64,000 nucleotides of DNA from Balanoglossus misakiensis (Eukaryota > Animalia > Hemichordata), in the NCBI GenBank assembly GCA_040954595.2, contig CM082589.2, forward strand, positions 3,610,213 through 3,674,212, in the 5' to 3' direction. Positions 1 to 12,800 of this stretch are shown one piece after another. A program made the translations under genes and the position numbers. Position 1 is the stretch's first letter, and every line of letters begins with the position of its first letter. The notes below the pieces were generated by a model. It had not been told where the DNA came from and searched no databases. It was given only the letters and a program-made list of their open reading frames with translations.

Positions 1-2457
1 CTATCGACTGCTTCAGCAACTGTCAGTTCTTCATCTGTTTTGGGATCTTTAATACCACCAGATTCAAGTTCTTTTCCAAATAATTGTCTGGCTGTGTTCC
101 TGTCAATGACGCCTTTCTCTAATGCCTCCACAACAGTCAGGGTCCCTCCAGTCTGTGGATCAACGATGCTCACAACTACACGTCTCTGTTCTACCACTTT
201 CATCTCTCTTCTCACAATGCTTACTTGTTCAGGAGCTTCTGTGGGTATTACATGAGCTCTCTGTGGTTGCTGTTTGACAAGGTCTGCTGTTGCAGTATCA
301 ACTATGTCTCTTTTCACAGCATCTTCAAGAGGTATCTTTTCACCTGATGTAGGATCGAGAACTCCTCCTGTGGCAAGTTGATCTCTAACAACATCTGCTG
401 CAGTTTCAGGATCAACTAAAGCACGTCTGACTGCCTCTCCAAGAGACAATCGACGTCCGCTCTCGGGCTCCACGATTCCTCCTGTCTCAAGCTCTTTCTC
501 AAGAAGTTGTACAGCACTGTCTCGGTCAAGAAGTCCAAGTTGAAGAGCTTCCACTACAGACAGTTGCTTGCCAGTTTGTGGATGAACAATGGTGACTGTC
601 ACATGTTTCTGTGGAATGACTTCTGTTTTAATTTCTCTCCACACAGTTTCAACTTTCTCAGGCTCTACCAATGTTTGAGGTTCCCTTTCAACTACACTGG
701 TAAAGGATGGTGTCTCTTCAACAAGTTTGGCAGTAGAAGGAGCAACAAGAGATTTGCTCACAGACTCTTGCAGTGGTACTCTCTCCCCTGATTTTGTATC
801 AATCACACCTCCTCCTGCGACTTGTTCTCTAACAATATCTGCTGCCATTTCAGGGTCAATCAGTTGCCTATCGACTGCTTCAGCAACTGTCAGTTCTTCA
901 TCTGTTTTGGGATCTTTAATACCACCAGATTCAAGTTCTTTTCCAAATAATTGTCTGGCTGTGTTCCTGTCAATGACACCTTTCTCTAATGCTTCTACAA
1001 CAGTCAGGGTCCTTCCAGTCTGTGGATCAACGATGCTCACAACTACACGTCTCTGTTCTACCACTTTCATCTCTCTTCTCACAATGCTGACTTGTTCAGT
1101 AGCTTCTGTGGGTAATACGTGAGCTCTCTGTGGTTGCTGTTTGACAAGGTCTGCTGTTGCAGTATCAACTATGTCTCGTTTCACAGCATCTTCAAGAGGA
1201 ATCCTTTCACCTGATGTAGGATCAAGAACTCCTCCTGTGGCAAGCTGATCTCTGACCACATCTGCTGCAGTTTCAGGATCAACTAAACCACGTCTGACTG
1301 CTTCTCCAAGAGACAATCGACGTCCACTCTCGGGTTCCACGATTCCTCCTGTCTCAAGCTCTTTCTCAAGAAGTTGTACAGCACTGTCTCGGTCAAGAAG
1401 TTCAAGTTGAAGAGCTTCTACTACAGACAGCTGCTTGCCAGTTTGTGGATGAACAATGGTGACTGTCACATGTTTCTGTGGAATGACTTCTGTTTTAATT
1501 TCTCTCCACACAGTTTCAACTTTCTCAGGCTCTACCAATGTTTCAGGTTCCCTTTCAACTACACTGGTAAAGGATGGTGTCTCTTCAACAAGTTTGGCAG
1601 TAGAAGGAGCAACAAGAGATTTGCTCACAGACTCTTGCAGTGGTACTCTCTCTCCTGATTTTGTGTCAATCACACCTCCTCCTGCGACTTGTTCTCTAAC
1701 AATATCTGCTGCCATTTCAGGGTCAATCAGTTGCCTATCGACTGCTTCAGCAACTGTCAGTTCTTCATCTGTTTTGGGATCTTTAATACCACCAGATTCA
1801 AGTTCTTTTCCAAATAATTGTCTGGCTGTGTTCCTGTCAATGACACCTTTCGCTAATGCTTCCACTACAGTGAGGGTCCCTCCGGTCTGTGGATCAACGA
1901 TGCTCACAACTACACGTCTCTGTTCTACCATTTTCATCTCTCTTCTCACAATGCTGACTTGTTCAGTAGCTTCTGTGGGTATTATGTGAGCTCTCTGTGG
2001 TTGCTGTTTGACAAGGTCTGCTGTTGCAGTATCAACTATGTCTCGTTTCACAGCATCTTCAAGAGGGATTCTTTCACCTGATGTAGGATTGAGAACTCCT
2101 CCTGTGGCAAGCTGATCTCTGACAACATTTGCTGCAGTTTCAGGATCAACTAAACCACGTCTGACTGCCTCTCCAAGAGACAATCGACGTCCACTCTCGG
2201 GCTCCAAGATTCCTCCTGTCTCAAGCTCTTTCTCAAGAAGTTGTACAGCACTGTCTCGGTCAAGAAGTCCAAGTTGAAGAGCTTCCACTACAGACAGTTG
2301 CTTGCCAGTTTGTGGATGAACAATGGTGACTGTCACATGTTTCTGTGGAATGACTTCTGTTTTAATTTCTCTCCACACAGTTTCAACTTTCTCAGGCTCT
2401 ACCAATGTTTGAGGTTCCCTTTCAACTACACTGGTAGTAGATGGTGTCTGTTCAACA
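1..2457. repeat. 867-bp (289-aa) coding tandem repeat, ~2.8 copies in the window
   Basis: ctatcgactgcttcagc recurs at 1, 868 and 1735; copies differ by scattered substitutions; array continues off the window. Confidence 0.97.
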
Positions 2458-5400
2458 ATGATGACTTCTGTTTTAATTTCTTTGGGCATTACCAGACTTA
2501 GTATTGTTCTGTCGACAAGTCCCAACCTCTGGGCTTCATTCGGATCAACTCTGTTACCAGTTTTTGGATCAATGATACCACCATCAGTTATCTGCCCATC
2601 CACTACATCAGCTGCTGTCTGGGGATCGACAAGACCTCTCTTAACAGCTTCTGGAAGAGTCAATCTTTCTCCAGTTTGAGTGTCAAGAACACCTCCCTTC
2701 ACAAGCTCACTCTCTACAAACATCTTGGCCGTGTCAGGATCCAGCACACCTGTTTGAACAGAGTCTGCCACTGTGATTCTGTTTCCAGACACGGGGTCTA
2801 CAATCCCACCAGATTGGATCTGGTCTTCAAGGAGTTTCACAGCATGTGGTTCTTCAATGAGCCCAGCAGAAACTGCTTCTGCCAAATGTACGGTATTGCC
2901 GGTACCTGGATCTACAATACCACCAGTATGAAACTGCTCTGTTAAGATTTCTACTTTCTTGGCTTCAGAGATCATGCCTCTCCTTTCAGCTTCAGATAGT
3001 GTAACAAGCTCGCCTTGTTCATCTTTCAGAACAGCAGGTGCAACTCCTTTACTTAAAGCAGAGTCTGCTATCTCAGGTGAAACAAGGTGCCTTTTCACTG
3101 CTTCTTCGACTGAGATCCTTTCTCCAGTTCTGGGATCAATAACTCCACCCAATATTAGCTGATGGCGTACAAGTTCTACAGCCATTTCCTTGTCAATGAC
3201 ATTTTCGTCTACTGCTTCAGCTACACTGAGTCTCCTACTGGTGCTGGGATCAAGTATTCCACCAGTAGTTACCTCATCATTCAGGACTTCCTTTGCCAAA
3301 TCTGGATCCAGGAGTCCTTTGTGAACAGCCTCCATGATGGGTATTTTTGATCCTACTTCAGGGTCTTCAATGCCTCCATGTTGTCTTTCACCCTCTAAGA
3401 GACGCTTTGCTGTGTCTCTGTCAACTAAATCTCTTGCAATGGCTTCCACTAGTGCCAGTTTTTCTCCTGTTTTTGGATCGATGATGGTTATTGAGACATC
3501 CTCTCTTGTAGCAATTTCTTCTCTCATCTCGCTACGAGTAATTGTCAGTGTTTTCACTTGTCGTCTGAGCACATGTTCAACCACATCTTTCTCTAAAATG
3601 TCTCTTCTCTGGGCTTCTTCCACAGAAACTCTCTCTGATGTTCTGGGATCAAGCACACCCCCTTGTTGCACTTGGTGTCTGATAACATCTGCAGCTGTTG
3701 GGGTGTCAACCAGAGCTTGCTTCACAGCTTCAGACAGTGTTAATTTGTCACCAGTGTGGGGATCAACAACACCACCTGACAACAGCTGCACTTCTACTGT
3801 CTTGGTTGCAAGGTCTGGATCAACAATGCCTTTCCTTACAGCTGAAGCAAGTGTAACTCTTTGTTGAGTGCGAGGGTCAACAACACCACCAGACTTTAGT
3901 TCTTCATTTAGCAGCTGTACTCCAGTATTAGTGTCAACAAGTCCCAGTGTAATTGCTTGACTGGCTGGTATCGGCTTTCCAGTGGCAGGATCAATGACTT
4001 CTGATGGTTTGGGTTCACGCATCTTTTCTAATAACACACCAGCCATCTCAGAATCAATCAGTCCCCTCTTCCTCGCTTCATCAACATTCATTAACTTTCC
4101 TGTTTTGGGATCTACAATACCCCCACTCTGAAGTTGAATCAGTAATAACTTCTCAGCGATATCTGTATCGATGACTCCTCTGTCAATAGCTTCATGGACA
4201 CTGATGTTTTCCTCCGTCAGTGGGTGGACTATTCCTCCACTTCGAAGTTCTCTGTCCAACAGGCGGACAGCAGTGTCATCATCGATCACACCACGTTTAA
4301 GGGCTTCAACAGGATGAAGTTTCTCTCCTGTATGCGGGTCAGAGATGAGTATGATTTCTTTTCGGACACTCCGGATTACTTCAGGTGTTTCAACCCTTGA
4401 GTAAATCCCAGACTCTGGTGACTTGGTAGGAGATGTAAACGATTCCATTGTGGTAGGGCCTTCCACCGGTGACCCCATCCTTGCAACAGTAGATCCTGGT
4501 GTACCGACAGATTCATCATATGAAGGTGTCTTTGCCATTGCCACAGGTTTGGATGGAGTAGGTCTAACCTCTTCAGGCTGTCTCGCTGCTGCACCTTCTC
4601 CAGGAGAACCATCCAGCATGTCGGCAATATCGTCAAGCATAAGTGAGAGGGGTCTTGAACCAGGCTCACTTATGCCTGATTCCCCAGTTTCTGTTGTCAA
4701 TGGCCTATCTCCCGATTTTACAAGAACAACAGTCTCCCCTGTATCTGTTGAGGACAGGTCAGAGGTTCTTGTGTCTGTGGGACTTATATCGACAGGGCTC
4801 TCAACAACAACTTTACTTATAACTGTTGTGACTTGTTCTTCTCTGGAAAACTGAGGGAACTGTGGTTTGTCTTCAAAAGGTTCTCTCTGTTTTGGTTCTC
4901 CTGCGTCTGGGGTAGGAATGATCTCAAATGGAGAAGATTCAACAGAAACTACTCTCTCTGGTGTTGGGATTATTTCAAATGGTGAACCAGGTGCCATTTC
5001 TTCTTGCTTCAAGGTTGACTTCGGTTGCTTCTTGGTGGGCTTGGGAGCTGTTGCTGGAGGTTGTTTTCTACTAGGAGATTCTGGCTTCCTTCCAGCACGT
5101 ACTGTTTTTCTACCCTTGTCTGGTGCTTCTGGCTTTGTGTCAGTTACCATAGTTTTCTTAACCTTTGGAGATTCTACTTTTGCAGACTTAACAGGACGAT
5201 CTTTAGACTTTGGAGACTCTGGTTCTTTCTTTATCTTAGTGGGAGACTCTGGCTTCTTTACTGTTGTTGTAACTTTGCTTGTTTTGGGAGACCCGGGTTT
5301 CTTTATCTTTTCAGGAGCTTTCGTTCTTTTGATTTGCTTGGGTGACTCTGGAGCATAAGTTGTCTCAGGAGACTCCGATGTTTTGAATCTGGGTGTTCCT

Positions 5401-6830
5401 TTTGTAAGCGCTTTTTCTACAACAGTCGTTTGCATGGGGTGTGGCTTTCCAGTGGTAGGCTTCTCACCAGGTGCACTGGTAAATGTATCAGTACCAGACA
5501 CCACAGTGGTTGATGAGATTTGCACTACACGCCTGGTAGTTGTCGTAGTAGTTGTTGTACCATCTGGGGATTCATCTGTCCACTGCTGGACTTCTTCCTC
5601 TCGTTTTACAGACAGAGGTTCCGCACCTGACACGTGAGATGGCTGCTTCCAGGATGTGGTGACATGTTCTTCTAGTGTATCCTGGCGTCCAGCTTCAGTT
5701 GGCAGGACAAATGTTTCTCTAACTTCAACTGGTCTTTCTGGTGAAGGATGATCTATCGCAATCTCGGACACCTGCTCAGGTCTTACACCACCTTGTCTTG
5801 TGCCATATATAATCGGAACAGGTACACCTTCCTCGCTTGGAATGTGTGCACGATCACGAGGTTGCTCATCAGGAGATACACCAGCTCCTCGTGGTTCAAC
5901 ATATGTTGTGACACTATCCTCTCGCTCGACGGTCACTTGATCAACACCACCTGGTCTCACTTTCACTACTATCTCTCTGGGTCCCTCAAATGAAGTAGGA
6001 ACAAAAGGCCTATGTTGCTCAACTGAAGTTTCCACACTGGTAAACTGAACCGGTCTTTCTACTGGTCTGCCTTCCAGTATTGATGACGGTTCCTCCCGGT
6101 ATGTTTCTGCTGTTTGTTTAGGAACAAACTCAATACTGATTGGTTTCCCTTCAAGAGCACTTCGTGTAGCCTCTGTTTCTATGGTTTTAGTTGTTTGATA
6201 CACTTCTTCTACAACCTGTGGCATTTCTTCAGGCTTTATCACAGGCTGTGGTTCTTCTCTCTTGGACGTACTAATAGACACACCAACTGGCCCATGCTTT
6301 GCTGTTTTCGGCTTTTTAGCAGGTTCAGGTGGTATGCGCTTCTTTTTGTCAGGTGATTTTGGTGGACTGCTTGGTGGTGTTCTCACTGATGAGGTTTTGA
6401 TCTCGATTTTCTGTTTCCTAGGAACTGTTGGCTTGGTTTCTGGCTTCCCCTTGGGATGTTCTTGCTTAGTGGGGGAGGCCCGCTTTCTGGGTACCTCAGA
6501 ACTTGGTGGAGCAATATCTAATTGCATAGTTTCAAGGTATTCGGCTTCTTCCGGCTTCCTAGGTTCAAATGGTCTGAATGCAGTGGCTGCAAACTCAGGT
6601 GGGGTGACTTCTTCACCCGGCCTTTGCATGTGAGATTGTGGCTCAGTTGGTGAAATGACCATATGATCAACTATGCGAGTTGACGTAACGATCTGCGTAG
6701 TTTCAACAGAGAAACTGTCGTCAGGAGTAGCACCCTGTGAAAGGATATCTGACCTTACCCCTGGAGCGCCATCGAATTGTGTGGATAAACCGATGGGTAT
6801 AAACATCGTAAACCTTTCCAGCAGTTCTCC
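1..6830 (-). CDS. Giant exon (>=2276 codons): disordered P/S/T/K/E-rich segment followed by plectin repeats; open to the window edge
   Basis: Acceptor tttctctttcgcag|GGAGAA in phase 0. Frame at 6830 equals frame at position 5; no stop seen in the parts I translated. Repeated GG[IV][IVL]DPxTGxx[LI][ST][VL]xEAxxxG[LI][VI]D 38-aa units from ~4350 down. Absent from the ORF track because it has no stop in the window. Confidence 0.93.
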
Positions 6831-9800
6831 CTGCGAAAGAGAAAAAGAAAACAGACGCATCTTAATATAGTTGCTTTAAAGCAAATAAGAGTCTGTGTAG
6901 GGTGACTTAAGATCACCTTGACCCACACTGGAAACGGCACCACATTATCGAGGGGGATGGGAGGGGGATGGGATGGCTTTGGGAGGAGAAGGAAAAGGTG
7001 GTGGTGGTGGTGGTGATGGCAGGGGGGTACAGTTTTATGAGTGGCAGGGTGCTTGTAACACAACAACAAGTCAACAAAACAGCAAATTTGTACAGTTAGG
7101 TTGACTACATCGAGAGAGATTTATGGTGTGAGTGTTAGAGTTGCAAAGCGTTAAAGTATAATAACACATGCTGCATTGTGCCCAAAAAAAGACAAAAAGA
7201 GGGGGTGCAGAGAGAAGGCAGTTTTTATTGCCCGGTTGTTATCACCTTGTTTGGTACTCACCTTAACTTTCATTTGTTATTTCTTCTCAACAGAGAATAG
7301 TTAATAGTCTCACTATTGATTCTGTGGTTTTAGTGGATGAATCTGTTGCCAGTCTGAGACTCTTTCTGACATGCTTGACCCTATCCATTTCTAACACATC
7401 TGGTGTGTTACAATTGTTCCTTACAGGTGATCTTACTTTTAGCATTTATATTCCTTGTGAAATGTGCAAACCCCTTGATTCCAGGCCTGTTTATTATACT
7501 GTCAACTAAATATATCATAACTTTAAACTGATAAATTTTAACCTTTAAATTTGTGGCGGGCGTCAGACTCATGAGTGCCGGCTCCCATCAGTGCCTCCAT
7601 TTTGCAAAGCTATTCACATTATCTTTCATTTGAAACCATACCACTTGAGACTTTATAAGTGTATATTAACACCATGCCATATAATCAAGATGCTCTGTAA
7701 TATACCTTAACTTCGTTTTCTGTTTAAAAGCATAGCTATTTGACTTTTGTTTCTTCCCTTTTACGTAGTTATAGCCTATATTTTACAGAAGTGGAAATGA
7801 CACCAACTCATTTTTTCTGTTTTGCATGAATAAACAACGAACATGAAAGTGAATTTTAATATGCAAGGTGCCGACGTATTATACAGTTTATTAACTATTA
7901 ACTGGACCAAGTGCAACCTGCATATTAATGTGACGGGTGCCAGTGGATTAATAAAGTTTATTGGGCCCTTTTGTGCACTAAGTGCAGTCATTTGAGAAAC
8001 CTTTCCCCTGTTATATGTTTATTGTTTAAATGCCTATATCTGTGATTTTAACCGCATTATGTGTGAAAATGGGCAAAATGGCCATCCCAGTATATCATCT
8101 TGAGTGACATGAACGATAGATGTATGAATGTTCCTAAACTTTCTACAATGATGGAAGAAATGAGTTAATATGGAAAGCAAAACAGCAATGCAAAATAACT
8201 TTGTGCAGTACGCAAGCAAAAAAGGCAAAAAGAGAAGCAAGTTAGCAAATTCAAAAAACTGCTAGCAGGAAGAAATATGAATGAACCTCATGGCCAGCTT
8301 TCAGAAAGATAAGAGTTCTTGAATACTTCTCATTCTTTGTAAGGACAAATCAAATCCCAGAAACATAAATGGTGAGCTCAACAAGCTTTATGAAATTCGA
8401 ATTCCACTTTAAAAGTGATTGCACACAAATTTAGATGATGATAAAGAATGGGAATGTATTCAAGGACTCTTGATCTTTTGCTGAAACGGTCATGGGTTTA
8501 AACTCTGCCTTCCAGCCTCCCTACCGCCATGTAATGACAAAGCTATGTCCTGCAAGCAAAATGCAAAATGAAGCATACAAGCGAATGAAGCAAAAAACAG
8601 CATGAAAAGATTAAGCAAAGGCAGCCATCGCAAAATACATGAGTAACATAAGCAGCAAAGTAAAAAGAAGTTTTCACTAATTCCAAATTAAGTACACTAT
8701 CTTGACAATATATACATGTATAAAGGGCAGATTCTAAAACATCACTTCTCATTAAAATATCCCACTTGCTTGTTGATGATTATGGGTATGAAAACCACAT
8801 ATTTGAAAAGTCTTATTCTTTGTTAATCTATTAGTTAGCAAGACTTTTGTTGTCCATCTATGATATTAGATGTTGTTATACTTAGTTTTTATAATGAAGC
8901 TTATAAACATATCAATTGAAATGTTTGTGGTGGATGTTTATGTGTGTGACCATGCTTCTAGCTCTAGTAGAACGAAAAAAACAAGTAAAATGACATGTAA
9001 ATTAAAAAATTATGGTAGCTGAAATCACCAAGCATATTTATTGACAGGTTTTTTGTTACTTGATGTCATAGAAGCACACTTTTGATTTCTTCAATATCTT
9101 GAAGTACGTTTGGCAAAGATGGAGGGTTTTTTTTCTAAAACCAGATCATGTGATAAGGGAATCATTAATCGAACATTTCAGAGAGTGAATATTTTCATTA
9201 ACATCACATGGATTTCGTTGCTGGGTAATTTCAGCTACACACATGCAATGAACTATGTAAACGAAACATGAATAAATTATCATAAATAATGTGCAATGCA
9301 ATAAGAACGTTCTTCATTCACTACATGAAATAATAAAACAAAAAAATGGCAACTAAATAAAAATAAAGTGTATAAAAGTTATTAATAACAAATGTATGAC
9401 ATTAGCATTTCAAGAACAAATGTGTAAGTAGAAAATTGTGAATGTCTGGCTAAGCAAGTGGGAACTTTTTCATAAAATATTCAAAAATTTGTAGCAAATA
9501 AACCGAACACGAAACATCATATGATTAATATACTAGATAACTATCGCAAACAAAAAAGCAGGGTTATGTATATGTGTTGAACATGAATAAGTTGTTGACA
9601 ATGTCGCAAAACTATGTGAAGAGCATAAATGTAAAATGATGCATGGAGTGTGTATAATATCAATGTGTTATGCCTGCCGTAAGATGTTATTATTTTTTTG
9701 TTGTGGTTGTGTGGATGTTAGCACTGTCATCAACACTGCACGGACAACCAAAACCCACAGTAAAGATTCAAAGCAAACATCAAGGGGAAGGGGGGTAGGG

Positions 9801-12800
9801 TACACCAATCAAGACTACGCATTGAAAAAATGACACGAAAATCCACACACAGAAATCACAGTGTGTCGTGACCACATTTGAAAACACTCCATCACACTTC
9901 TGTAGTTTCTGGGCACCGGTCACATTACGGATGTGCCGGAACTGAAACCACAGTGGGGCTGCGGTGTCTTGGCAATCTGGGAGAAATATTGTGACCCTAT
10001 TTACTCAGGAAACCTGGATCATCAACAAAGGATAAGATTCTCAGTGATATTTCATCTGAGTATTTCTTGCACTAGTTCAAAGATTACATAAAAACGGACA
10101 CATCCTATGGGTGTCCTACCAACAGAACACTGTATTTCAGTCAACCTTAGTTTTGACGCTACGCAGCCAGAATGCCAAAACAACACAGCACCCCGGTACA
10201 AGAAAGACAACAGTAAGCACAGAGATTTATCACGTACCTCGGGAATACCCAGTTTGGCTGCCAGAGATCGAAGTCTGTCGGCAATATCGGCACCGAGTTT
10301 GCTGTATTCCTCATTGACGGATTCCATCTCCTGCCTGGCCAAGTCGCAGCCGGATTGGAGTTTGGCTTTCTTGATGTCTACGTCTTCAAGAATGTCTTCA
10401 AGACTGTCCTTGTATTCTTCAATGTATTCATCCAATACCTGGGGGGGAAATTAGACAGTCAACATGATATCAACATACCTCTATCATAGAGATAGTATAA
10501 TTAGATGACATTACAATATTATCCATTGTGAATCTGGTGAGCGAAGTGCAGTATGTAATTCTTGACCGAGACATTGCTGTACAGCTTCTTGAGAAGTTCC
10601 TTGAGAAGGCTTACCTCTGCCGCCTGGATGAACTGGTTGCCTTTACTGTTAAATTCCTCCACGGAAGGTCTGTGACTGCTGATTTCATCCAAGAAAGCCT
10701 GTGCAGACCAAAACAAAATACACATGAATGACAAACTGCTATGAGAAGACAGCATTGGTGACTGAACCTCATTGGTGTGTCACAAAATGCTCACTTGTCG
10801 TGTTGTTGTTCAGTCTATATTTTTGTTTGCTTTGTTGCTTGAAATATATAGATTTCCGACCACTACACCACACAGCAGTCACACCCCACAAAGAATTGCT
10901 GATTCTGAATGCTGGGCTGGTAGATGGGCCATAACCCCTAGCAAACCATGACACCACAATTTGGTCACACATGAAAGATTCAAGTAATGATATCTGTCGC
11001 CTATGCATTTGGCTATTGCTGTTTCTACCGCTAAATACAGAAACACTTGGCCAAAGAAATGATTTCTCCTTCACATAACTGTCTGTACTTGATTCGTAAT
11101 GAGCTAAATATTTTGTCAACAACAAAGCCCCATGCATTATATCACAGAAACTCAACAAAAGATGCAAAGATTTTGATGTCTTGTATGCATAAATGTATCA
11201 TCTATCTTGGTTACAAAAACAAGCCTTGAGGCTACACTTCTTATGAGACTGCACAGGCCCAGGTAAAATTTCCAATGCTTCAAAGCTCTTACAGTTCAAA
11301 TCAACATCTTATGAGTTTCTGTAATATCTGCTCCATCTAACCCAATTGCTTCCGCAGCAGTAAAACAAAGCCACCTTATGCCACCCGCGTCAACACAAGC
11401 AAAACAGCAAACCCCAAAACACAGCTGCACACCGCCCCACAGTAAAAACGTAACTCATCAAAATCTTACCTAGCGTGCATGCGTGCGTCCTAGCCTGACC
11501 TGTGATGGTGCTCTTCAAGTCTTTCCTATCTGCTACCTACGCTGATTCCTACATTTCTGCTAATTTTCTCAAGCTCAGCTAATATCCTCTGTATCTCTCT
11601 CTACACTGCTTAAACTAAATGCTTAACTGTATTCTCTTGGACAACATTAAACATACACACGCTTGAACAAAATATTAAAAATTCTGCACAGAAGTGAAAA
11701 TAAGTTTACAGCAAGAGATAGAAAATTGCCGCAGCAGAGAAGCATGCAGCATCTCAATTCAAAGTTAAACATTAATTCACACAATTATGCATAGAGAATG
11801 GTGACATTAAAAGTTCACAAGCTTGTACATGCTTAATAAATATTTTAAAAACAGCAATCTACTTTGATTAGTGTTAATTATCACACATAAAAAACTTATA
11901 GCCAGCAGAAGAATACATGAAATATATGTACATGTAAATAACACATGAGGATAGCACCAATAACAGGCACGAACACAAAGTCGTGCACAGTCCGCTTTAA
12001 GTTTAATAATTACATATCACTATTCTTATTAATAATTGCTATGGTATGATATGCATTATAAGCCAAAAAAATCCATGTTCAATCTCATTGTTACACACCC
12101 TGGAAAAAAATGTTCAAGATGGCTAAAATTTCATGAACCCATCTTCAGCAAATGACAACATTTCAGATATATTTTACATTTTACATAATTTGCCAATTTC
12201 GACAAAGTTGTCCGATAGCAAATGGTTTACAGTTTTCAAAAAGGAATTGATGAAAAAAGATTCAACCAACCTTGTTTTCGTCAAACTGCTTTTCTTGTGA
12301 TCGTCTGTCGGTCGCTGGGTAATCCAGAATCATCATGGTGGCCTGCGCTTGTGCCAGCCAGTTCTTCTCATCCAGAAGTGCATCTTTGAACTCGCGTAAG
12401 AGGTCAAACACAACTTCAAGCTTCTTTAGCCTGTGAATATTTGATACCATTTTTGTAAGTTTTGATATATCAGGTCTTAACCAAAACTACCTGTACATTT
12501 GTAACTTGAATAACAAATGCCAAATTTTGTGTTTGTCAAATAAAAAGTCATTTGTAAGACAACTTGAAGAAAAAAGGCCAATCCGATCAAATGTGATCTT
12601 CTACACCAACATGAAAAGTGGCTGCTTGTTGTGTCACACCCAATCAGAATTCTCCTCACAAAGCACATATGAGCTCACCTCTCGTCAGTTTGTATACAGA
12701 TCCTCTGCCACCTGACTTCCACATCACGTACATCCCTCTCAAACCGAACCACATCCTCCACGTCAGCGGTGGGATTCGGGAAGCTCTTCAGCTTCTTGAC

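Noticed and set aside
40-6870. Many + strand ORFs (up to 177 aa), some repeated
   Set aside because: Antisense shadows of the long minus-strand exon; they repeat only because of the 867-bp array.
6917-6927. 11-nt microexon candidate ttccag|TGTGGGTCAAG|gtgatc
   Set aside because: Not frame-preserving between phase-0 neighbours; weak donor.
9920-9976. Acceptor-like tttctcccag followed by [18 protein letters not shown] (possible terminal exon of a plakin-only isoform)
   Set aside because: No homology, no assignable poly(A) site; cannot be told apart from a chance acceptor.
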